64,000 nt of DNA from Chloroflexota bacterium (GTDB taxonomy: Bacteria; Chloroflexota; Limnocylindria; Limnocylindrales; CSP1-4). The notes beneath the pieces were generated by a model. The model worked only from the letters and a program-made list of their open reading frames with translations. It had not been told where the DNA came from and ran no database searches. The stretch covers positions 2,728 through 66,727 of the forward strand of contig JBHOQO010000096.1 in NCBI GenBank assembly GCA_042408925.1, given 5' to 3'. Shown piece by piece: positions 41,322 through 50,995 of the stretch. A program made the translations under genes and the position numbers. Each line of letters opens with the position of its first letter. The first letter of the stretch is position 1.

Positions 41322-41746
41322 CGCGTCCGCTCCGGCGGATCGGCCCGGCCGGGTCCCGCGTCGGACGCCGCGGCCGCCGTCCCGGTCGTCGCGGCCGGCG
41401 TCGAGGCCGGACCGTGATGGTGGTGGTGCTCGTGGGAGGCCACCGGCCGCTGCGGCGGCGGAGCAAGCTCCGGATGGCGTCGCTCGAGCTCGAGGCGCCG
41501 GTCGACGATCCGCTGCCAGCGGGCGATCGTCTCGCGATCGCCGCGCCCCACCGCCTCCCAGCTCGTCGGCCAGGTCGATCGGTCGGGCCCGAGATCGGCG
41601 TGCCCGAGCCGCGCAAAGGGGCTCGGCACCCGCCGGGCGTCCCTCGCCCCGCAGACGGCACACTCGACCGGGCCCGCCGCCGCGGAGAGCGGCTCGAAGC
41701 GCTCGAACCGCGCCCCGCAGCGGCAGCGGTACTCGTAGACTGGCAT
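41318..41746 (-). CDS. FmdB family zinc-ribbon protein with a His-rich stretch
   Basis: MPVYEYRCRCGARFERFE...VECAVCGA is the FmdB CxxC...CxxC motif. HEHHHHHG lies near the C-terminus. Confidence 0.7.
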   Translation of the reverse strand: MPVYEYRCRCGARFERFEPLSAAAGPVECAVCGARDARRVPSPFARLGHADLGPDRSTWPTSWEAVGRGDRETIARWQRIVDRRLELERRHPELAPPPQRPVASHEHHHHHGPASTPAATTGTAAAASDAGPGRADPPERTR

Positions 41747-41750
41747 CGCC

Positions 41751-43028
41751 TCACCAGTTCGTCATCGAGGCCTGGAAGATCGCCGCGAGCGCCGCACCGT
41801 CGACGTCCCGGGGCGCCACGGCGAGGAGCCGTTGCTGCTTGAGCGCCCCGTCGACGAGCCCCTCGATGTCCGCCGGCCCGTACCCGATCGCCGCCAGGCC
41901 GTTCGGGATCCCGACGTCCCGGCAGAGCGAGACGATGGCCTCGGGGAGGGCATCCACCCCGAGGTTCGGGTCGCCGCCGAGGAGGCGGGCCGCCTCTCGG
42001 TGCCGCTCGGGCTGCGCCGGGTAGGTGAACCGGAACGCCGCCGGGGCGGTGAGGACGACCGAGAGCCCGTGGGGCACCATCGGCTCCTCCTGCGGGTAGT
42101 CGGCCGGGCGATAGTCGCGAACCATCCCGGCGATCGGATAGGCGCAGGCGTGGGGGATGTGGACCCCGGCGTTGCCGAAGCCGATCCCCGCGTACATCGC
42201 GGCCCGCATCATGCCCTCCCGTGCCTCGAGGTCGTACGGGGCGTGGACCGCCCGGCGGAAGTATCGGCCGAGGAGCTCGAGGGCGTGGGCCGACCACAGG
42301 TCGCTGATCGGGTTCGCCCCGTTGTAGGCGACCCGCTTGTCCGGGGACGGATACCGCGGCCGGGCGTCGTAGGGGCGGGCCGTGAACGACTCGAGAGCGT
42401 GGCAGAGGACGTCCATCCCCGCCGAGGCTGTGACGTTCGGCGGGAGGCTCACGGTGTTGAGGGGGTCGACGACCGCCATCGTCGGCCGGAGCCGGGCGTG
42501 ACTGATCCCGGTCTTGACCTTGAGATGGAGGACGTCGAGGACGCAGACGGCGGTGCTCTCGCTCCCGGTTCCGGCCGTCGTCGGCACGGCGACGAGCGGC
42601 CGCAGCGGGTTCTTCGGGGCGAGGGCCCGGCCGATCGGAGCGTTCAGATAGTCGAGCACCTCCCCCTCGTTCGTGGCGAAGAGGTTCATCGCCTTCGCGG
42701 TGTCGATGCTCGAGCCGCCGCCGACGGCCACGAAGCCGTCGAAGTTGCGGGCCCGGGCCCAGGCCGCGGCCTCGTTGATCGAGGCGTCGGTCGGCTCGAC
42801 GTGGACGCCGTCGAAGACCTCGGCCTCGATGTCGGCCGCGGCGATCAGGTCGGCGACCCGTCCCGGCAGCCCGGTCGCTGCAACACCGGGGTCGGTGACG
42901 ATGGCCGCCCGGTGGACTCCGAGCGCCGCCAGGTCGTGGCCGATCTCGTTCGTGGCCCCGAGCCCAAACTTGATCGGCGGGGCCGCCCAGGTGAAGACCG
43001 TCTCGTTGGGGTGCGTGAACTCCGGCAT
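41751..43028 (-). CDS. Iron-containing alcohol dehydrogenase family protein
   Basis: GGGSSIDTAKAM, metal-binding His (CHALES..., GVHIPHACAYP), 425 aa. Confidence 0.85.
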   Translation of the reverse strand: MPEFTHPNETVFTWAAPPIKFGLGATNEIGHDLAALGVHRAAIVTDPGVAATGLPGRVADLIAAADIEAEVFDGVHVEPTDASINEAAAWARARNFDGFVAVGGGSSIDTAKAMNLFATNEGEVLDYLNAPIGRALAPKNPLRPLVAVPTTAGTGSESTAVCVLDVLHLKVKTGISHARLRPTMAVVDPLNTVSLPPNVTASAGMDVLCHALESFTARPYDARPRYPSPDKRVAYNGANPISDLWSAHALELLGRYFRRAVHAPYDLEAREGMMRAAMYAGIGFGNAGVHIPHACAYPIAGMVRDYRPADYPQEEPMVPHGLSVVLTAPAAFRFTYPAQPERHREAARLLGGDPNLGVDALPEAIVSLCRDVGIPNGLAAIGYGPADIEGLVDGALKQQRLLAVAPRDVDGAALAAIFQASMTNW

Positions 43029-43042
43029 CGAGCTGCTCCCGA

Positions 43043-43852
43043 TCAGTCGTAGTAGGCGTCGGGGGCCCGACGGAGTTCGTGGATCTGCTGGGCGTCGTGG
43101 CCGAAGACGACCGTCGCGTTCGTCTGCTCGGCGATCGAACGGATCTTCTCGACGCTCCGGAGCCAGGCCTGGCTGTCCCAGACGATGGCCGCCCCGACCG
43201 GTGGCGGCCCGTAGGAGTCGCGCATGTAGATGGCGTCCGAGGTGAAGATCATCGTCCCGCTGTTCTTGAGGTCGACGCGGAGCGACATCGTGCCCCAGGT
43301 GTGGCCGGGGGTGAAGAGGACGCTGACGCCGTCGGCGATCTCGGTGTCGCCTTCGATCGTCTCGAGCGGCACGCCCTCGTAGTCACCCTTGATGTGGGCG
43401 CCCTTGAAGGGACCCTCGAAGCCCAGCGCCCCTTCCTTCTCGGCGGCCTGGACGAGGATCCGGGCCCCGGTGGAACGGAAGAGCTGGAGATTGCCGGCGT
43501 GGTCGAAGTGGAGGTGGCTGAGGACAACGGTCGTGATGTCCTCGGGCCGCAGACCGTGCTGGGCGAGCCTGGCGTCGAAGTACTGCTCCTCGGTCAGGCG
43601 GTCGTAGGGGAAGAAGTCGTGGAGGCCGGTCGGTGCCCAGTGGGTCTCCCAGTTCCGCGGCGCCCCGGTGTCCCAGAGGATGAGGCCGTCCGGGTGTTCG
43701 ACCAGGACGGTATGGATCGGACAGTCGACCCACTCGACCGTCTGATTCATGTGGTAGCGGTCGGTGATGTTGCGACCGGGCTTCAAGAGGAGCCAGGTCA
43801 GGTCGCAACCCATCGCCCCGTGATGGAGGACGTGGAGCTTCGTCGGTGGCAT
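43043..43852 (-). CDS. MBL-fold metallo-hydrolase (N-acyl homoserine lactonase-like)
   Basis: LSHLHFDHAGN is the HxHxDH motif. Downstream His and Asp ligands (TPGHTWG, FGHD). Confidence 0.8.
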   Translation of the reverse strand: MPPTKLHVLHHGAMGCDLTWLLLKPGRNITDRYHMNQTVEWVDCPIHTVLVEHPDGLILWDTGAPRNWETHWAPTGLHDFFPYDRLTEEQYFDARLAQHGLRPEDITTVVLSHLHFDHAGNLQLFRSTGARILVQAAEKEGALGFEGPFKGAHIKGDYEGVPLETIEGDTEIADGVSVLFTPGHTWGTMSLRVDLKNSGTMIFTSDAIYMRDSYGPPPVGAAIVWDSQAWLRSVEKIRSIAEQTNATVVFGHDAQQIHELRRAPDAYYD

Positions 43853-43991
43853 CGGTCACCTCCTCATGACGGTGCCGGCCGTGGCCCCGACCGGCCACGG
43901 CCGGCGGCTGCGATCCTCGCGGCCGCCCCTGCGGCGACCGCGCGTGCGCCCAAGGGTGATGGGGCCGCCGCGGCCCGATGGACGGATCCGC

Positions 43992-44582
43992 TCACCCCTC
44001 TCCGACCCGGACGAGGGGCTCGCCGAGCGGCAGCACCGCCCGGCCGTACATCTCGTTGAGGACGAGCGCCGCCGACAGATACCAGGCGAGCAGCGCATCG
44101 ACGACGCCCGCCCACGCCCCGTACGAAATCGGCACGATCCCGAACTCCGCCAGGTCGAAGAGGACGAGGGTCACGATGAGGACGCTGAAGACGAGCCACG
44201 CCGTCCGGTTCGCCGCGAAGGAGGCGACCCAGAGGTAGCCGCTGAACACCGTCCAGGCCACGAAGTAGAGCCCCAGGGCCGGCCCGGCGGCGTCGCCGAA
44301 GCTCAGCGTCCCCGTCGACTGGAGCAGAACGAGCAGGGCCGTCGACATCCAGAACGCCCCGAAGGACCCGAAGACGATCCCGGTGAACGAGCTTCCGATC
44401 CGGTACTCGTGGAGCCCCACGAGGATCTGGACGAAGCCGTAGAAGAAGCCGCTCGCGAGAAAGACCGGGAACGTCGCCGCGGGGGCGACCCCGGTCAAGG
44501 TGATCGACACAAGGAACAGGTTCAGGGCGAATGCCGCGAGTCCGAGCGCGAGTGCACTCGCCGGACGGGGCGTCTCCATCGA
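43992..44582 (-). CDS. satP: GPR1/FUN34/YaaH family acetate-succinate transporter (SatP-like)
   Basis: Six TM. Conserved NLFLVS..., YGFVQILVG, FGSFGAFW motifs. Start at the internal Met (METPRPAS). Confidence 0.8.
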   Translation of the reverse strand, partial: SMETPRPASALALGLAAFALNLFLVSITLTGVAPAATFPVFLASGFFYGFVQILVGLHEYRIGSSFTGIVFGSFGAFWMSTALLVLLQSTGTLSFGDAAGPALGLYFVAWTVFSGYLWVASFAANRTAWLVFSVLIVTLVLFDLAEFGIVPISYGAWAGVVDALLAWYLSAALVLNEMYGRAVLPLGEPLVRVGEG

Positions 44583-44675
44583 TCGCTCCTCCTCCAAACT
44601 CCTTCGCCGCCCGACCCTTTCCGGCTCCTCGCCGGCACCCTCCGGGCGGTGCGCATGTAGCATGCTACAGGTTAC

Positions 44676-45500
44676 ATGCGCATGTCAAGATGGTTGCCGA
44701 TCGGTCGGCGGCCGGACCGCGCCGCCGGGTACGATGCAGCCGTGCAGCCGCCCGCTCCGGACCCTCGCCGCGCCTCGGGCCGCTCCCGCCGGCCTGCCGC
44801 ACCCGGCCCCGGCCGGCGACTCCTCGCCCCCCTCGACGAGCGCCGGAGCCGGGCCCGGGAGCTGGTCGACGTCCTCCGGACCGCCATCATCCGCGGCGAG
44901 CTCGTCCCCGGCAGCATCCACTCCGTCGCCTCCCTCGCCGCGGCCCTCGGCGTCTCCCGGACACCCGTCCGCGAGGCGCTCATCGAGCTCGCCTCGCGCG
45001 GCATGGTCCGCTTCGAGCGGAACCGCGGCGTCCGGATCCTCCAGAACTCGGTCCACGACATCGAGGAGGTCTTCGACCTCCGGCTCCTCCTCGAGGTCCC
45101 GGCCGTGCGACGGGCAGTGGAGCGCGTGGATCGCCGAGCCCTCCGTTCTCTCGAGGCGGAGTACAACGGGATGGTTCGGGCGGCGGCCGCCGACGATGAG
45201 CAGGCGCTCTGGCTCCACGATCGCGGCTTCCACCACCGGCTCCTCTCGCTCTCGGGGAACCGCCGCCTCGCCGACTACGTCGACAGCCTCCGAGACATGG
45301 TCCTCCTCCGGGGCGCGACGACCGCCGGCCGAAGCCGGTCGCTCGAGGCGATCGCCCTCGAGCACAAGGCGATCCTCGATGCGGTCAGGGCCGGCGATCC
45401 CGACGCCGCGGCGGCGGCGATGGAGCAACACCTGCGGACGACGGCCGAGCTCCTCGTCGCCCAGGAATCCGGCGCCGTCGACTCCGAGGCCGACGGCTGA
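44676..45500 (+). CDS. GntR family transcriptional regulator (FadR/FCD C-terminal domain)
   Basis: ELVDVLRTAIIRGELVPGSIHSVASLAAALGVSRTPVREALIELASRGMV is a GntR HTH. Helical FCD domain. The start may be downstream of the first Met. Confidence 0.8.
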   Translation: MRMSRWLPIGRRPDRAAGYDAAVQPPAPDPRRASGRSRRPAAPGPGRRLLAPLDERRSRARELVDVLRTAIIRGELVPGSIHSVASLAAALGVSRTPVREALIELASRGMVRFERNRGVRILQNSVHDIEEVFDLRLLLEVPAVRRAVERVDRRALRSLEAEYNGMVRAAAADDEQALWLHDRGFHHRLLSLSGNRRLADYVDSLRDMVLLRGATTAGRSRSLEAIALEHKAILDAVRAGDPDAAAAAMEQHLRTTAELLVAQESGAVDSEADG

Positions 45501-45577
45501 GCTGGAGGTCGCAGCCTCGACCCCCGGCCCTGGAGCCGGGAACCCCCGCTGCCCGCGCGAGCCGCTCTGGCCGGCCG

Positions 45578-46147
45578 CTAGCGGCTCAGGATCGTGATGT
45601 CGGCCGCCGGACCGAGCTGCCGGGCCCCGCTCGGCGCCGGCGAGGCGTTCGGGCCGCCCTGACCGAAGCCGCCCGGTCCGGAGAGCTGGACGAGCACGGA
45701 GCTCCCCGTCGCCAGGTCGGCGGTGCTCGCCGGTGTCTGGCGGTGGACGGCGGTGTCGGAACCCAGCTCCACCTCGACGGTCGCGCCCGAGGCGAGCTGG
45801 AGGGTCAGCCGACCGTCGGCCACGGCGGTCACCGTCCCCTCGAGGACGAGCGATCGGAGACCACCTCCGAACCCGAACGGGGCGCCGCTCGCGTTCGGCG
45901 CGCCACCGTTCGCTCCGCCGCCGAAGCCGCGGCCGGCGCCGCCGAACCCTCCGAACCCGGCCGCCCGACTCGCCTGCGGCGCCGTGAACCGGCCCGCCGC
46001 GAAGGCGAGGCCGCCGACGGCGACGCAGAGGGCGACGACGAGGGCGACGGACCCGGGTCCACGTCCCCGCGACCGAACCGCCGACGACGACGGCGGCGCT
46101 GTCCAGCCCTGGGTGTCGGGTTCCGCTCCGGTTCGCTGGTCGTTCAC
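45578..46147 (-). CDS. Gly-rich secreted/anchored hypothetical protein, last gene of the MacAB-like operon
   Basis: N-terminal TM/signal (VALVVALCVAVGGLAFAAG). GFGG repeats. A small beta-rich C-terminal region. Confidence 0.4.
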   Translation of the reverse strand: MNDQRTGAEPDTQGWTAPPSSSAVRSRGRGPGSVALVVALCVAVGGLAFAAGRFTAPQASRAAGFGGFGGAGRGFGGGANGGAPNASGAPFGFGGGLRSLVLEGTVTAVADGRLTLQLASGATVEVELGSDTAVHRQTPASTADLATGSSVLVQLSGPGGFGQGGPNASPAPSGARQLGPAADITILSR

Positions 46148-46196
46148 CTGCTACCTCCTGGCGTAGGATCAGCGGCCCGAGCGAGGCCCGGGCCGC

Positions 46197-47408
46197 TCAT
46201 TCGTATCGAAGGGCCACGATCGGGTCGAGGCGGGCTGCCTGGCGGGCCGGCCAGACCCCGAAGACGACGCCGACGAGGACGCTGAAGCCGAGGGCGACGA
46301 CGACGGTCCAGGGGCTCACGACGATCCCCCAGCCGGCCGCCGTCCCGATGGCGGCTGAGACGGCGACCCCGATGACGGTCCCGACAAGCCCGCCGAGGAC
46401 CGACAGCGTCAGGGCCTCGACGAGGAACTGGACGAGGATGTCGCCCTCGCGGGCGCCGATCGCCTTCCGGATCCCGATCTCCCGGGTCCGTTCGCGGACC
46501 GAGACGAGCATGATGTTCATGATCCCGATCCCGCCGACGACGAGCGAGATCGAGGCGATCCCGGCGAGGAGGAGCGAGAGCGTCGTCGAGACGTCCGAGA
46601 CCGTGCTCAGGAGCTGGGCCTGGTCCTGGATCGTGAAGTCGTCGCTCGCAGCGGCGTCGAGGCCGTGGCGTTGGCGGAGGAGGGCCGTGATCTCGGCCTT
46701 GGCGGCGTCCATGGCGCCGAGGGAGGCGACGCTCACCGCGATGGTCCGGACCCGATCCGTCGAGCTGAAGGCGTGACGGAGCGTGGTGATCGGGATGACC
46801 ACCTGGTCGTCCTGGCTGATCGGCCCGGTCGAGCCCTTCGGCTGCAGGATCCCGACGACCTCGAAGGGAAGCCCGCCGATCGTGATCGTCCGCCCGATCG
46901 CCTCCGGGCCGAGGCCGAGGTCGTCGGCCGTCGTCGCGCCGAGGACGGCGACCCGCAGCCCGTTCTCGACCGCCAGCCCGCTGATGAACGAACCCTGCCA
47001 GATCCGGAAGGCCCGCACCGTCAGGTAGTCGGGGGTCGTCCCGACGATCTGGGTCGTCGTGTTCTGGGCCCCGGCGACGACGAGCTGCTGGGTCGTGATT
47101 TCGGGCGCAACGCCAGCGATGTCGTTGACGGCCGCGACCGCCTCGGCGTCGGCGAGCGTGAGCGTCTGGGCCGACCCCGCCGCGCCCCGCGTGAAGCCGG
47201 TCAGCGTCCCGCCCGGACTGATGGTCAGGAGGTTCGTGCCGAGCCCCTGGAGGCGGGCCGTGATCCCGCTCGTCGCGCCCTGGCCGACACCGACGAGGGC
47301 CACGACGGCGGCGACCCCGATGACGACGCCGAGGGCGGTCAGGACGGTCCGCAGTCGGGCTGCGGCAAGCCGCTGGAGGGCGAGCCGCACGAGCTCGAGG
47401 GCGATCAT
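46197..47408 (-). CDS. macB: ABC transporter permease, MacB/FtsX family
   Basis: MacB_PCD periplasmic domain followed by an FtsX four-TM domain ([33 protein letters not shown]). Start at the internal Met (MIALELV), overlapping the ATPase stop. Confidence 0.85.
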   Translation of the reverse strand: MIALELVRLALQRLAAARLRTVLTALGVVIGVAAVVALVGVGQGATSGITARLQGLGTNLLTISPGGTLTGFTRGAAGSAQTLTLADAEAVAAVNDIAGVAPEITTQQLVVAGAQNTTTQIVGTTPDYLTVRAFRIWQGSFISGLAVENGLRVAVLGATTADDLGLGPEAIGRTITIGGLPFEVVGILQPKGSTGPISQDDQVVIPITTLRHAFSSTDRVRTIAVSVASLGAMDAAKAEITALLRQRHGLDAAASDDFTIQDQAQLLSTVSDVSTTLSLLLAGIASISLVVGGIGIMNIMLVSVRERTREIGIRKAIGAREGDILVQFLVEALTLSVLGGLVGTVIGVAVSAAIGTAAGWGIVVSPWTVVVALGFSVLVGVVFGVWPARQAARLDPIVALRYE

Positions 47409-48079
47409 GCGACGAGCCGCCCGTCCCGGAGGTGGACCTGGCGCTCGGCCACGGCCGCAACCTCCGGATCGTGGGTGATGAGGACGATCGTCCGACCGGC
47501 CTCGTGGAGGGCGCGGAAGATGGCGAGGACCTCGGCGCCCTGCTCGGTCGCCAGGTTCCCGGTCGGCTCGTCGGCGAGGATGACCTCGGGCTCGGTCACG
47601 AGGGCCCGAGCGATGGCGACCCGCTGCTGCTCCCCACCCGACAACTCGGCCGGCGTGTGGTGGACCCGCGCCCCGAGGCCGAGGCGTTCGAGGGCCGCCC
47701 GGGCCCGCTCGAGTCTCGCCCGCCGGGCGACGCCCTGGTACAAGAGCGGCATCGCGACGTTCTCGACGGCCGAGGTCCGGGGCAGGAGGTTGTAAGCCTG
47801 GAAGACGAAGCCGATCGAGCGGCCCCGGAGCCGGGCCAGCGCGTCGCCGTCGAGACCCGCGACGTCGACGCCGCCGAGGCGGTAGCGCCCGCTCGTCGGC
47901 CGATCGAGGCAGCCGATGATGTGCATGAGCGTCGACTTCCCCGAACCCGAGGGACCCACGATGGCGACGAACTCGCCGGCGGCGACCTGGAGGCTGACGT
48001 CGGCGAGGGCGACGACCTGGACCCGGCCCGTCGAATAGACGCGACCGACCCGCTCGAGGTCGATGAGGGGCGGAGCCAT
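47405..48079 (-). CDS. macB: ABC transporter ATP-binding protein, MacB/LolD type
   Basis: [36 protein letters not shown]. Confidence 0.9.
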   Translation of the reverse strand: MAPPLIDLERVGRVYSTGRVQVVALADVSLQVAAGEFVAIVGPSGSGKSTLMHIIGCLDRPTSGRYRLGGVDVAGLDGDALARLRGRSIGFVFQAYNLLPRTSAVENVAMPLLYQGVARRARLERARAALERLGLGARVHHTPAELSGGEQQRVAIARALVTEPEVILADEPTGNLATEQGAEVLAIFRALHEAGRTIVLITHDPEVAAVAERQVHLRDGRLVA

Positions 48080-48091
48080 CGGACGCCTCCC

Positions 48092-49255
48092 TCAGCGGTT
48101 CGGGACGCCGAACCGCCCGCCCCCGAAGCCGCCGCCGGGAAGGCCCAGCCCGAAGCCGCCGTTCGTCGTCGTCGACTGGCGGGTCGAGGCCGTCCCCGTC
48201 ACGACCGTCTCTCCTTCGGCGACGCCGCTCTTGATCTCGACGTACTGGTCGCCGACGAGGCCGACCTCGACCGGTCGAACGGCGACCTGACCGGTCTGGT
48301 CGACGACCCGGACGGTGTAGGTACCGGCCGTCCCCTCGAGGGCCGTGACCGGGACGGCGAGGACGTTGTCGGCGCGGCCCGTCTCGACCGAGACCGTCGC
48401 CGACATCCCGCTCGCCAGCCCGGTCGGCGGGTCGTCGAGGGCGACCGTGACCGGGTACGTCACGACGCTCGAGGTGCCGCTCGAGGCTGCGACCGGGGCG
48501 ATCGCCGTCACCTTGCCGGTCGCGGTCGTGCCGAGGGCGGTGATCGTCACCGAGGCCGCCTGGCCGACGGCGACGGCGCCCAGGTCCGCCTCGGCGACCT
48601 CGGCCGAGACCTCGAGGGGCCCGGCCTCGATGACGATGGCGTCGCCGTTCGGGGCCAGGACGCCGGCGGCGATGTTCACGGCGGTCACGAGCCCGTCGGC
48701 GGGTGCCTTCAGGGTTGCGGCGTCGATCTGGGCGATGATCGACGACCGGTTCCGTTCCACTTGCTGGAGCTGGGCCACGGCGTTGTAGTAGCTGATGTTC
48801 GCCTGGCGCTTCGCGTCGGTCGTCGTCGCCGCATCGAGGGTCGCCTTGGCGCTCGCGACCTGGTTCCGGGCGGCGAGGAGATTCGCATCCGCGATCGACT
48901 TCTGGGCCTGGAGGTCGCTCGTATCGGCCTTGGCGAGGACGTCGCCCGCATGGACGCGGTCGCCGACCGTCACGTCGACCTCGGTCACGAGCCACGTGCT
49001 CGACCCGCTCGCGGCCGCGCTCGCGGTCCCGGCGATGAGCCGCGGTTGGCTGCCGAAGGCGAGGGCGTACGTCGCCGTCGGGACGACCTGCCCGGTCGCA
49101 GCGACGGCCCGGACGACGTTCCGGCGCGTCACCGTCGCCGTCACGTAGTCGACGGTCGGCGAGGCACCGAAGCTGGGCCCGACGACCGCGACGGCGACGG
49201 CGCCGACCCCGACGACGATGAGGAGCACGACGAGGAGCGAGGTCAGTCGGCGCAT
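48092..49255 (-). CDS. macA: Efflux periplasmic adaptor (HlyD/MacA family membrane fusion protein)
   Basis: TM anchor (MRRLTSLLVVLLIVVGVG), coiled-coil region (ADANLLAARNQVASAKATLDAATT...) and beta-barrel/lipoyl-like domains. Start at the internal Met. Confidence 0.8.
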   Translation of the reverse strand: MRRLTSLLVVLLIVVGVGAVAVAVVGPSFGASPTVDYVTATVTRRNVVRAVAATGQVVPTATYALAFGSQPRLIAGTASAAASGSSTWLVTEVDVTVGDRVHAGDVLAKADTSDLQAQKSIADANLLAARNQVASAKATLDAATTTDAKRQANISYYNAVAQLQQVERNRSSIIAQIDAATLKAPADGLVTAVNIAAGVLAPNGDAIVIEAGPLEVSAEVAEADLGAVAVGQAASVTITALGTTATGKVTAIAPVAASSGTSSVVTYPVTVALDDPPTGLASGMSATVSVETGRADNVLAVPVTALEGTAGTYTVRVVDQTGQVAVRPVEVGLVGDQYVEIKSGVAEGETVVTGTASTRQSTTTNGGFGLGLPGGGFGGGRFGVPNR

Positions 49256-49464
49256 CGGTCGCTCGACCTCGTGTCGGGCACGCAACGGGGCGAACCTCGG
49301 GGAGCGCGACGCATGCGAGAACCTCCGTTCGGCGTGATCGGGTTGCTCATCGATGGTCGGGCCGCTCGATGAGACGGTCATGAGAGGACCCGCCCTGTCC
49401 GACCCGTGGTGATCCGGCACGACTCTCACGATCCTGTCAGGGTCCGGCGCTAGACGTTGGCGGC

Positions 49465-49899
49465 ATGAACGAACCGCGCCAGCATCAACCCCGGCCCGTC
49501 GGCCCTCCCGTCCCCGAGTCGAGCGGATCCTCGGGTCCGAGGCGTCCGGCCGGCTCGCCGCCGCGTCCGCGAACGCCGGCCGCGACGGCTCCCGATCCAC
49601 GGCCGCTCGCGAAGCGGCGCCAGGTCCAGGCAGCCGGGCTCAGCCTCGCCGCCTTCGGCGCCCTCGCCGTCCTCGTGGCCGGCCACCCCGTCGGCAGGGC
49701 ACTCGCGACGAGCCCAACGGACGGGAACGCCACCGTCGACCGCTCCGGGAGCGCTCCCCTTGGTCCGAGCGATCCCGGCCTCCAGATCCCGTCCGTCGAC
49801 GGCGGCACGGGTAGCCTCGGGGGCTCCGGGAGCTTCGGGGTGACGCCGCGGCTCCGAATCGGGAGCGGGACGCCACACCTGCGGTCCGGTGGCTCCTGA
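49465..49899 (+). CDS. Hypothetical membrane-anchored Pro/Gly/Ser-rich protein
   Basis: One TM (AAGLSLAAFGALAVLVAG). No recognisable domain. Overlaps the apbE start. Weak call. Confidence 0.3.
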   Translation: MNEPRQHQPRPVGPPVPESSGSSGPRRPAGSPPRPRTPAATAPDPRPLAKRRQVQAAGLSLAAFGALAVLVAGHPVGRALATSPTDGNATVDRSGSAPLGPSDPGLQIPSVDGGTGSLGGSGSFGVTPRLRIGSGTPHLRSGGS

Positions 49900-50995
49900 G
49901 ATCGCCGCCGTCGACTGGCGGCGGGCCGTCTTTCCGGCGATGGGAACGACGGTCACGGTCCTCGTCCCCCCGGCATGGTCGGCGATGACGTCGGTCGTCG
50001 CCGACGTCTTTGCCGAGTGGGAGGCTCGCCTCAGCCGGTTCCGGCCGGCGAGCGAACTCTCGCGCTTGAACCGGACCGGGCGTCGACGGGGCGCCAGCCC
50101 GCTCCTCTTCGACGCCCTCGAGACGGCGGTCGCTGCCGCCGTCGCCACCGACGGCCTTTTCGATCCGACGCTCCTCGACCGCCTCGAGGCCCTCGGATAC
50201 GACCGGACCTTCGAGACGGTCGTCGCCCGGGCGTCCGGCTCCGGCGGCGACGGACCCGCCCGAGCGGGTCGAGCAGGAGCGTCGTCGACGTCGGCGTCCA
50301 ACCGGCCAGACCGCAGTCCTCGGGGCGCTCCAGCGGGTCCCGCCTGGCGGGCGATCCGGCTCGATCCGCGCTCGCGGACGATCGAGCTCCCGCCGGGGAC
50401 CCGGATCGACCTCGGCGGCATCGCGAAGGGGATGGCCGTCGACGCTGCCCTCGCCCTGCTCCGTGCCGTCGGGCTCCCGGCCGCGGCCGTCGAGGCCGGG
50501 GGCGACCTCGCTGTCTTCGGGTCGGCGCCCGACGGCGGGTCCTGGCGGATCGAGGTCGAGCGGCCGCCGACGGCCGGCTCCCCGCCGGCGGGCCGCCTCG
50601 TGCTCGAGCTCGACGGCGGCGCCCTCGCGACGTCGAGTGTCGGACGGCGCCGCTGGCAGGTCGACGGGCGTTGGCACCACCACCTCCTCGATCCCCGGTC
50701 CGGCGAGCCGGCAGCGACCGGGGTCTGGTCGGCGACGGCGACGGCCCCGACGTGCACGGAGGCGGAGGTGGCGGCGAAGGTCGCCCTTCTCCTCGGCGTC
50801 GACGCCGGGGCGGTCTTCCTCCGCTCCCGCGGCTACAGCGGCCTCTTCATCGTCGATGACGGAACCGTCGCCTTCGTCGGCCCCGATCAGCCGCCGACCG
50901 CCGTCGAGCCGCCCGCTGCCGACCTCCCCATCCCCCACCCGACGGCGGGGACGAACGTGCGGCCGGGCCTCGAAGCGGCCGGAGGCGAGGCGTGA
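49889..50995 (+). CDS. apbE: FAD:protein FMN transferase (ApbE family)
   Basis: MGTTVTVLV..., SRFRPASELSRLNR, IDLGGIAKGMAVD, W..HHLLDPRSGEP are ApbE signature segments. Confidence 0.8.
   Translation: MAPEIAAVDWRRAVFPAMGTTVTVLVPPAWSAMTSVVADVFAEWEARLSRFRPASELSRLNRTGRRRGASPLLFDALETAVAAAVATDGLFDPTLLDRLEALGYDRTFETVVARASGSGGDGPARAGRAGASSTSASNRPDRSPRGAPAGPAWRAIRLDPRSRTIELPPGTRIDLGGIAKGMAVDAALALLRAVGLPAAAVEAGGDLAVFGSAPDGGSWRIEVERPPTAGSPPAGRLVLELDGGALATSSVGRRRWQVDGRWHHHLLDPRSGEPAATGVWSATATAPTCTEAEVAAKVALLLGVDAGAVFLRSRGYSGLFIVDDGTVAFVGPDQPPTAVEPPAADLPIPHPTAGTNVRPGLEAAGGEA

Noticed and set aside
38000-42297. ORFs 38000..39841(-), 38413..40737(+), 40053..41417(+), 40369..42297(-)
   Set aside because: Overlap the GlcF, GlcD, FmdB and alcohol dehydrogenase genes in other frames. 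R/G/P-rich with no domain signatures.
46144-48995. ORF 46144..47460(-) 438 aa and the N-terminal 530 aa of ORF 46197..48995(-), plus ORF 47432..49372(+)
   Set aside because: Wrong-frame or antisense translations across the macA and macB genes.
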